NCBI GenBank assembly: GCA_949287425.1
Contig: CASEGJ010000005.1
Coordinates: 82,955 to 146,954 of the forward strand
From: an uncultured Bacillales bacterium
GTDB lineage: Bacteria > Bacillota_I > Bacilli_A > RFN20 > CAG-288
Direction: 5' to 3'
DNA length: 64,000 nucleotides
Position 1 is the stretch's first letter. Every line of letters starts with the position of its first letter. The position numbers and the translations under genes were made by a program. A model generated the notes under the pieces. The model ran no database searches. It saw only the letters and a program-made list of their open reading frames with translations, and was not told where the DNA came from. Below are positions 57,408 through 64,000 of this stretch, piece by piece.

Positions 57408-58913
57408 CTAATCGTAATTGATATCGCTAGATTTATACCAGTTAGTTTGATCGATAACTTTAATATAACCTTCTAAAGAATCTGAAAGTAAAGTTCCGCC
57501 ATTTTTTAAATAAAATTCTATTTGATCTATAACGTCTTTAGAGATAATTTCACCTGGAATAACAATAGGAATCCCAGGAGGATAAATCATAACAGCTTCA
57601 CAGGAAATTTCACCGACAGAATCTTCAATAGGAACTATTTTACTAGGTGCATTAAACGCTTCTCTAGGACGAACAACTAACTGAGGATAGATATATTTAA
57701 AATGCGGAATATTAATAGTGTTATTCTCTTTAAAATATTTCTTAGAAAGATATTTAAATCCATTTATTAAAATATCGATATCTTCTTTAGTTGTTCCAAT
57801 TCCAACGATAGCTAATACTTCACAAACTTCCGCTAATTCTAGTTGAATGTTAAATTCTTTTCTAAGCTGTTTTAAAACATCTAAACCAGAAATACCTAGC
57901 TTATATGTATTGATTACTAATTTTGTTTTATCTATAGAATATCTACTTGAAGAAGTGCAATAATTATCATCTAAAATAGATAAACCTGGGATTTTTGAAA
58001 TTTCTTCTCTAGCGTAATTGGCAAGTTGCAAAGCTCTATCGATAAGTTTTTCACCTTCAAAATACAAAGTTTTTCTCGCTGCATCTAAACTCGCTAATAA
58101 AACGTGATTAGGAGAGGTTGAAGATAACATAGCAAAGACTTTTTCAATTCTAGAAACATCGATATTTTCTGAATTAATTAGTATCAAAGAAGACTGAGTT
58201 AAACTACCGGCTGTTTTATGAATAGATAAAGTGGAAATATCTGCTTTAGCATCCATAGCAGATATTGGCATTTTTTTATTAAAGACAAAATGCGCTCCAT
58301 GAGCCTCATCACAAATTACTAAAATATTTCTTTGATGCGCTTGTTTAACAATGTTTACTAAATCGCTAGCAATTCCAAAATATGTAGGATTTATCACAAA
58401 AATCGCTTTAGCATCTGGATTTTCATCCATGGCTTTTACATAGTTATCTAAGCTTACCCCATTAGCGATACCGGTTAATTTATCGACATCTGGTTCAACA
58501 AAAATAGGATATGCTCCAGATAATATCAAAGCATTTATTACAGATTTATGAACGTTTCTAGGAAGAATAATTTTATCTTTAGCGCGCAATAAACCGATAA
58601 TAACAGTTAAAATTCCCCCGGTTGTTCCATTAACTGAAAATATAGCTCTATCAGCGTGAAAAGCTTTTGCAGCTAATTCTTCAGCTTTTTTTATTACACC
58701 TTTCGGTTTATATAAATTATCTAAACCTAGAGGAGCGTTAAAATCTGATTCAAAAACTTTATCACCAGCATATTTAACTAAATCATTAGTAAATCTTCCT
58801 AATTTATGCCCAGGAACATCAAAAGGAACTGGCTTAGAATCCATATAATCAATACAAGCCTGTAAAAAAGGTTCTTCTAATTGCAAGACATCATCTTTTG
58901 TTAATTTAGCCAT
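57408..58913 (-). CDS. Orn/Lys/Arg decarboxylase family PLP enzyme (SpeA-like arginine/lysine decarboxylase)
   Basis: 501 aa; PLP-lysine motif SIHKTAGSLTQSS; fold-I major domain. Confidence 0.8.
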   Translation of the reverse strand: MAKLTKDDVLQLEEPFLQACIDYMDSKPVPFDVPGHKLGRFTNDLVKYAGDKVFESDFNAPLGLDNLYKPKGVIKKAEELAAKAFHADRAIFSVNGTTGGILTVIIGLLRAKDKIILPRNVHKSVINALILSGAYPIFVEPDVDKLTGIANGVSLDNYVKAMDENPDAKAIFVINPTYFGIASDLVNIVKQAHQRNILVICDEAHGAHFVFNKKMPISAMDAKADISTLSIHKTAGSLTQSSLILINSENIDVSRIEKVFAMLSSTSPNHVLLASLDAARKTLYFEGEKLIDRALQLANYAREEISKIPGLSILDDNYCTSSSRYSIDKTKLVINTYKLGISGLDVLKQLRKEFNIQLELAEVCEVLAIVGIGTTKEDIDILINGFKYLSKKYFKENNTINIPHFKYIYPQLVVRPREAFNAPSKIVPIEDSVGEISCEAVMIYPPGIPIVIPGEIISKDVIDQIEFYLKNGGTLLSDSLEGYIKVIDQTNWYKSSDINYD

Positions 58914-58918
58914 AATAT

Positions 58919-60097
58919 TTATTTGTTTTCTTCAATATATTGTTTAATTTTATCGACATAATCCAACTTTTCAAATGGCAAATCTAAATCTGGACGACCA
59001 AAATGACCATAGTTAGATAATTCAGCATATTTAAATGATGGGTTAGTCAATTTAAATCTTTTAATAATTCCAGCAGGTGAGAAATCGAAAAGATCTTCAA
59101 TTGCGGATAAAATTAGTTTTTTATCGACATGTTCAGTATTAAATGTCTCTACTGAAATAGAAATAGGTTTACTTACTCCAATAGCGTAAGAAAGTTGAAC
59201 TTGGCAGCGATCAGCTAATGAACTAGCGACGATGTTTTTAGCACAATGTCTAGCAGCATAAGCGGCAGATCTATCGACTTTAGAAGGATCTTTTCCTGAA
59301 AAAGCGCCACCCCCATGTGGACATGAACCACCATAAGTATCAACGATAATTTTTCTTCCAGTTACACCAGTATCACCTAATGGACCACCAATGACAAATC
59401 TGCCTGTAGGATTGATGTATTTTTTGAAATCAGTATTCATATTGAAAGATTCACTTACTGGGATTAAAACTTGTTCTAAAATCATTTGTCTAAGTTCTTC
59501 AGTGGAGATATTTTCATCGTGTTGACAAGAAAAAACGACAGTGTCGACTTTAGAATGATTAGGATCAGTATAATCGATAGTTACTTGAGCCTTCATATCA
59601 GGTCTAGTGTGAACTAATTTACCTTCTTTTCTTAGTTTAGTAGCATATCTAACTAGCTTATGAGCCATAACGATAGGTAATGGCATATAGTTTTCTGTTT
59701 CATTACTAGCATAACCAAACATTATTCCTTGATCACCAGCTCCCATAGAAGAAGAATCATCAAAAGAAGAATCGACACCGATAGAAATATCGTGTGATTG
59801 AGTTTTTACTAAAATTTCCACATCGCAAGAATCAGCACCAATACCGATTTCAGAAGAGGTATAACCGACGTTTCTTAATACATCTCTAGCAATCTTTTCA
59901 TAATTGACTTTTCCTAAAGAAGTAACTTCACCAGCAATGATAACTTTTTCAGTTGTCATCATAACTTCAATAGCTACTCTTGAAGTAGGGTCTTGTTTTA
60001 ACAATTCATCTAAAATAGCATCGGCTACTTGATCGCACAATTTATCTGGGTGACCTTCAGAAACTGATTCTGAAGTAAATAATTTCTTTCTTTCCAT
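58919..60097 (-). CDS. metK: S-adenosylmethionine synthetase
   Basis: FTSESVSEGHPDKLCDQ, GAGDQGIMFGYA, DTYGG... signatures. Confidence 0.95.
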   Translation of the reverse strand: MERKKLFTSESVSEGHPDKLCDQVADAILDELLKQDPTSRVAIEVMMTTEKVIIAGEVTSLGKVNYEKIARDVLRNVGYTSSEIGIGADSCDVEILVKTQSHDISIGVDSSFDDSSSMGAGDQGIMFGYASNETENYMPLPIVMAHKLVRYATKLRKEGKLVHTRPDMKAQVTIDYTDPNHSKVDTVVFSCQHDENISTEELRQMILEQVLIPVSESFNMNTDFKKYINPTGRFVIGGPLGDTGVTGRKIIVDTYGGSCPHGGGAFSGKDPSKVDRSAAYAARHCAKNIVASSLADRCQVQLSYAIGVSKPISISVETFNTEHVDKKLILSAIEDLFDFSPAGIIKRFKLTNPSFKYAELSNYGHFGRPDLDLPFEKLDYVDKIKQYIEENK

Positions 60098-60150
60098 CTT
60101 ATCTCCTAACTAGCTAAATAATTGTATCAAAATTACATTCAATAATTAAT

Positions 60151-61116
60151 TTAATTAGCTCTTTTTATTTTAAAATCTAAAAGCACACCTTCTTCATCTT
60201 GATATTTCATCTTGCAATTAATAGGTATTCCTGAATAATTTACACCAGTAAAATATTTTAAAATATCCTGAAAATTTAATTTGTTTAAATTTAAATCATT
60301 GTAAGCGGATGAAAATCTAGCTAATGCTTTTAAGTAAAGCTGATTAAAAGAATCTTTAGAAGAAACACCTGAATAAGGATTTTTCCAAATGTGATGTTCT
60401 TCATTTAAAACTTTTTGATCTTGATTGCGAGGAATATATAATTGACCTAAAACATTTTTGCCTAATTTAGAGCCAAATTTACCGCTGCCTTTATTGACAA
60501 ATTTGTAAATTTTAATCATGTTTTCTACTCCGCTAAGATAGTAATTAGATTTAACTTTAGTGGAAAAAACATTCTCTATGAGTTTATTGAAACTATCGTT
60601 AATAATTATCAATTCTTCCTTGTCGATATATAAAACTTTTTCTGGATGATATATAAGTTCTTTCTTGTTTCTATAATTAGCCAAAGAGGAATCTATCCTT
60701 CCTTCAAAATGAGCGTGAGAATAATGATATATGCCTTTTAAAGAGCTTGTTTGTGAATTGAATCCTGAAAAATAATAAACGTATGGATGAGAAATACTAT
60801 CTAAAAAATAATGGGATAATTGACCGATAATAAAAGACAAAAAAACATCTTTAGAATGTAGATCTTCTAAATTATCAATAATTTTAAAAGCTTCTTTAAA
60901 CAGCAATTTTCCATCTAATCTATGTAACTTTGAACCGTATTTTGCTTTAAGCATCTTTAAAGAAAAATTCGAAGGTAAATAGTTAGAAAAAAACAAGGGG
61001 TCAGGTCCTTGAGCACCTAACTTAAAAGCGTTAGAATAGCTTACTAGACATGACCCATCATTTAAATTTGAAAGAAAATCCTCTGCAAAGAAATTATGTG
61101 TTAATAATGAAGGCAT
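60151..61116 (-). CDS. putative zinc-dependent phospholipase C / P1-nuclease-fold hydrolase (cytoplasmic, no signal peptide)
   Basis: LSHYFLDSISHPYVYYF and SHAHFEGRIDS resemble the B. cereus PLC metal-ligand blocks LSLHYLGDVNQPMHAANF and HSKYENFVD (from memory); weak, motif-level only. Confidence 0.3.
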   Translation of the reverse strand: MPSLLTHNFFAEDFLSNLNDGSCLVSYSNAFKLGAQGPDPLFFSNYLPSNFSLKMLKAKYGSKLHRLDGKLLFKEAFKIIDNLEDLHSKDVFLSFIIGQLSHYFLDSISHPYVYYFSGFNSQTSSLKGIYHYSHAHFEGRIDSSLANYRNKKELIYHPEKVLYIDKEELIIINDSFNKLIENVFSTKVKSNYYLSGVENMIKIYKFVNKGSGKFGSKLGKNVLGQLYIPRNQDQKVLNEEHHIWKNPYSGVSSKDSFNQLYLKALARFSSAYNDLNLNKLNFQDILKYFTGVNYSGIPINCKMKYQDEEGVLLDFKIKRAN

Positions 61117-61140
61117 AATTTCCAGTCAATTTTCATTTAT

Positions 61141-61746
61141 TTATTTAACAATAGTACCGTAAACAACTCCACTAGCACAGCTTGCGTTACATTCATCAGT
61201 ATCGATATGCATAGCTAAAGCGTATTTTTCAGAAACACGGATAACAGTATCAGCGAAGATAGTCTTTCTACCTTTACCAGTATCAACTAAGACAGAGACT
61301 AATTCTCCATTTTTAACTCCGAAATGTTCAGCATCTTTTGGAGTCATATGAATGTGTCTTTTAGCGATGATAACACCTTCTTGTAAATCAACTTCACCAG
61401 CAGGTCCTTTTAAAGTGCATTTACCAGAATTAGCAATATCGCCAGATTCTCTAACAGGAGCAGTTAAACCTAAGCTTCTAGCATCAGTAAATGAAACTTC
61501 AACTTGGTTAGCATTTCTAACAGGTCCTAAAATAGAAAGCATAGCAGATGGTCTAGTTCCATTAGGATCTTTTTTGTTATATCCGATAACTTCAACTTTA
61601 TCAGTAGAAGCGAATTGTCCAGGTTGAGATAATTCCTTTTTAACCTCTAATTTGTGTCCTTTTCCAAAAAGAACTTCTAAAGTTTCTTGTGTAACATGAA
61701 CGTGTCTAGCACTAGTTTCGACTAAAATTTTGTCATTATTTTCCAT
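61141..61746 (-). CDS. pduL: phosphate propanoyl/acetyl-transferase PduL family (orphan)
   Basis: Start MENNDKILVE with GGAGG RBS; twin PduL repeats (SARHVHVTQETLEVLFGKG / AKRHIHMTPKDAEHFGVKNG). Confidence 0.75.
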   Translation of the reverse strand: MENNDKILVETSARHVHVTQETLEVLFGKGHKLEVKKELSQPGQFASTDKVEVIGYNKKDPNGTRPSAMLSILGPVRNANQVEVSFTDARSLGLTAPVRESGDIANSGKCTLKGPAGEVDLQEGVIIAKRHIHMTPKDAEHFGVKNGELVSVLVDTGKGRKTIFADTVIRVSEKYALAMHIDTDECNASCASGVVYGTIVK

Positions 61747-61831
61747 ATTGGTTTTCCTCCATAAATAGATTACCACAATTAATTAATCATGGTATATTAT
61801 TTACTAAATATTTTTATATAATTACATTGAT

Positions 61832-62704
61832 ATGAAAAGTAACAAAATTGATATGAAAAGTAACAAATTTAAACTAGCCAAATCAGTTGAAGAATTTTTA
61901 AAAAGCAACTTAATAAGTTATAAAAAAATCATTCCTATCGGAGATGGGATATCAAATTTAAATTTTTTATTAGATGATAAGCTAGTGCTAAAAATTGGTA
62001 ACATCAACTTTTTTGATAAAAACAATTTGGAAAGAATAAATTTTCAAAATGAACTTGCCAAAAATCACTTATCCAGTCAAATTGTCTGTTTTGATATTCA
62101 AAATAATCTTTCTATCTCTAAATACATCCCTAACTTATCAAAAATAGATGTTAACAATATCAATTTACTTCAAATTGAAAAGATAGTCGAAGTTATTAAG
62201 ACTTATCAAAAATTCAACTTATCTCTTCCAAAGCTCAATTATCAAAAACTTTTAAATCAATATAGAATCAATATTCCAGTTGATAAAAGAATATATCTAG
62301 AAAAAGTAGAAAATTCCAGTTTGTTAAATCTAGAATATGAGCCATCTCATTTTGATTTAGTCGATAACAATATCCTTTTTGACAAAATGCAAAACTGCTA
62401 TATCATCGATTTTGAAATGGCTTATCTTGCCCCTATCAATTTTGATTTAACCAGTTTAATTTCTGAAAATGAATTTTCTAGTGAAATTAAAGAGAGCATA
62501 ATTGAAAGTTATTTTAGCGATAATAACAAACTTAACTTTTTTAAAGCCAATTTAGATATGTATATAGCTATATTAGATTTACTTTGGTACCATTGGGGAA
62601 TATATAAATCAATCTGTGATTGTAACGATAAAAAAGAGATCTTTTTAGATATAGCTAAAAACAAAAAAGAAGATCTTTTAAAGCGCATTTCCATGTTTAA
62701 ATAA
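61832..62704 (+). CDS. choline/ethanolamine kinase-like (APH/ChoK phosphotransferase family, LicA-like size)
   Basis: PSHFDLVDNNILFD (Brenner motif HxDxxxxN) and IIDFEMA (DFE metal motif); 290 aa; start may be the second ATG (61853). Confidence 0.6.
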   Translation: MKSNKIDMKSNKFKLAKSVEEFLKSNLISYKKIIPIGDGISNLNFLLDDKLVLKIGNINFFDKNNLERINFQNELAKNHLSSQIVCFDIQNNLSISKYIPNLSKIDVNNINLLQIEKIVEVIKTYQKFNLSLPKLNYQKLLNQYRINIPVDKRIYLEKVENSSLLNLEYEPSHFDLVDNNILFDKMQNCYIIDFEMAYLAPINFDLTSLISENEFSSEIKESIIESYFSDNNKLNFFKANLDMYIAILDLLWYHWGIYKSICDCNDKKEIFLDIAKNKKEDLLKRISMFK

Positions 62705-62841
62705 CATCTTACACCTTGTATTTTTATAAATCATATTAAGTTCAATACTAACATTTAATTTGAAATTTATAACTAACTAAATTTATCTAAATAAAATTAA
62801 CAATAATAATATGTTATTATTTAATTAGGAGATGAAATAAC

Positions 62842-63198
62842 ATGGATAAAGCCACTAATAAAAATATCAAAATAAGATTTCTACATATTATTCCTATTGT
62901 TGCTAGTTTAATTTTACCAGTTTTATATTTTTGCCCTATTCACTATGTTTATTCTCCTTATCATGGTGGAAAATATTATAGTGTCGTTAACGGAATAACT
63001 GGCACAGGTGGTGTTGCTATTGCCTTACTTTCTATTCTCTTATTTATTTGTGCAATAGTGTTTGGCTTTTTAAATATCTTTTTATACAATAACAAAAAAA
63101 TAAAAATTATCGGATATTTTATCTATGCTTTTGCAGCGATATTTTGTATTTTAACTTTCGTTTTGGCTTTTTATTCAAATAGCTTCTTACCAAAATAA
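62842..63198 (+). CDS. hypothetical small membrane protein (three predicted TM helices)
   Basis: ORF only; GGAG RBS; hydrophobic. Confidence 0.35.
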   Translation: MDKATNKNIKIRFLHIIPIVASLILPVLYFCPIHYVYSPYHGGKYYSVVNGITGTGGVAIALLSILLFICAIVFGFLNIFLYNNKKIKIIGYFIYAFAAIFCILTFVLAFYSNSFLPK

Positions 63199-63226
63199 TT
63201 GAACTTTCTAAAAAAGGAAATGTATT

Positions 63227-63790
63227 TTAATACACTTCCTCATTGTCTTCTTTTTCTTTTTGCCAAGATTCAAATCTATCAATACAAGATTTAATAATAG
63301 TTTTAGCTGCTTGTTTATTTTGAACTTGTTTAACAAAGTTATTGGATAAATCTAAACCCTCCAAAGCTTTGTATGTTTCAAAGAAATACCTAATTTCTTG
63401 GAAAATATGGTTAGGTAATTCATTGATATCATCAAATTCTTTATACATTGGATCTTCTAAACAAACTGCGATAATTTTTTCATCAGCTTTACCTTGATCA
63501 TACATTGTAAAAACCCCTATAGGTTTACAGTGAACTTCAACTAAAGGCAAGATTGATTCTGACATTAAAATTAAAACATCTAACGGATCGTTATCTTCAG
63601 CTAAAGTGCATGGGATAAATCCGTAATTAGCAGGATAGTGAGAAGAAGTAGATAAAATTCTATCTAGTCTTAAAGCTCCTGTTTTTTTATCTAGTTCATA
63701 CTTTGTTTTAGAACCGCGCGAAATTTCTACAACTGCAATAAATTCATCAGGAGTGATTAATTTAGAGTCAAATTCGGTAAATAAATTCAT
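63227..63790 (-). CDS. ppa: inorganic pyrophosphatase (family I)
   Basis: 187 aa; AVVEISRGSKTKYELDKKTGAL, DNDPLDVLILM; GGAGGAAGAAAG RBS. Confidence 0.9.
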   Translation of the reverse strand: MNLFTEFDSKLITPDEFIAVVEISRGSKTKYELDKKTGALRLDRILSTSSHYPANYGFIPCTLAEDNDPLDVLILMSESILPLVEVHCKPIGVFTMYDQGKADEKIIAVCLEDPMYKEFDDINELPNHIFQEIRYFFETYKALEGLDLSNNFVKQVQNKQAAKTIIKSCIDRFESWQKEKEDNEEVY

Positions 63791-64000
63791 CTTTCTTCCT
63801 CCAATAAACTATTTCCTTCCATATAGCTAGGTTTTGATATACCTAATATATCAAGTATACTAGGTGCTATATCTATAATAGTTTTCCTATTTTTTATCAT
63901 ACTACTTTTTCCAACTAAACAAAATGGGACTTTTGACAAAGTGTGATTTATGTATAGATTAGAATTAGCATCTAATTCTCTATCGATTTTGCTATGATCT
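63787..64000 (-). CDS. gpmI: C-terminal fragment of a 2,3-bisphosphoglycerate-independent phosphoglycerate mutase-like (alkaline-phosphatase superfamily) gene; 5' end beyond window
   Basis: Translation ...NHTLSKVPFCLVGKSSMIKNRKTIIDIAPSILDILGISKPSYMEGNSLLEEER* follows the B. subtilis GpmI C-terminus ...HTTNPVPVIV...[24 protein letters not shown] (from memory); TGA stop overlaps the ppa ATG (ATGA). A sulfatase/LtaS-type protein is not excluded. Confidence 0.5.
   Translation of the reverse strand, partial: DHSKIDRELDANSNLYINHTLSKVPFCLVGKSSMIKNRKTIIDIAPSILDILGISKPSYMEGNSLLEEER

Noticed and set aside
60098-60150. SAM (S-box) riboswitch upstream of metK
   Set aside because: Only ~50 nt separate metK from the upstream ORF, too short for an S-box, and no conserved S-box blocks are present.
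1-64000. Genetic code 4 (TGA=Trp), suggested by AT-richness and mollicute-like lipoproteins
   Set aside because: purN and the gpmI-like gene terminate with TGA in ATGA overlaps, Trp is encoded by TGG throughout (for example QWGDEGKG in purA), and all long ORFs are intact in table 11.
1-64000. CRISPR arrays, IS elements/transposases, integrases, prophage genes
   Set aside because: No regularly spaced direct repeats, no transposase/integrase-like ORFs and no terminal inverted repeats were seen. The only tandem repeat is the 21-bp duplication at 61832-61873.

Overview
The window is AT-rich (roughly 27-30% GC) bacterial chromosome, mostly housekeeping genes with a few accessory patches. It reads as genetic code 11: TGA is used as a stop (purN, overlapping the purD start as ATGA) and Trp is TGG. 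Ribosome-binding sites are AGGAGG-type and lipoproteins carry Ser-rich linkers, so the source looks like a low-GC Bacillota/Mycoplasmatota-like organism (Acholeplasma-/Erysipelotrichia-like), not a code-4 mycoplasma. Content in order:
- A 5'-truncated heavy-metal P1B ATPase, then dut and a GH43 hydrolase.
- A small accessory patch: a MazF/PemK-like Lys-tailed protein translationally coupled to a DNPH1/Rcl-like dNMP N-hydrolase, then a TGA-interrupted zinc-ribbon gene remnant.
- The hrcA-grpE-dnaK-dnaJ operon on the minus strand with a CIRCE operator and a consensus sigma-A promoter, followed by tRNA-Asp and tRNA-Phe.
- An 11-kb minus-strand de novo purine operon: purE-purC-purF-purM-purO(archaeal-type IMP cyclohydrolase)-purH(AICAR transformylase domain only)-purN-purD-purL(single-chain large type), ending at an intrinsic terminator, with divergent purB and nearby purA.
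- A DegV / acyl-CoA dehydratase activase-like cluster.
- uppP, rdgB, RNase J (degenerate metal motif) and deoC.
- A surface lipoprotein whose C-terminal domain is a barnase-family ribonuclease, next to a NERD-domain membrane protein.
- rpsT, holA, several ABC transporters, cyclophilin, fmt coupled to an ECF S-component-like gene, a NUDIX hydrolase, and an FAD oxidoreductase.
- An orphan nrdI, tRNA-Ser, and an unknown two-gene module between terminators.
- A Cof hydrolase, hpf, an Orn/Lys/Arg decarboxylase, metK, a zinc-PLC-like protein, an orphan pduL, a choline-kinase-like gene with a duplicated start, ppa, and a 3' fragment of a gpmI-like gene.
No CRISPR array, IS element or prophage is recognisable. 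The strongest candidates for something new are the lipoprotein-anchored barnase-like RNase with no barstar next to it, the MazF-like/DNPH1-like coupled pair with the adjacent TGA-containing remnant, and the bacterial PurO plus truncated PurH arrangement.
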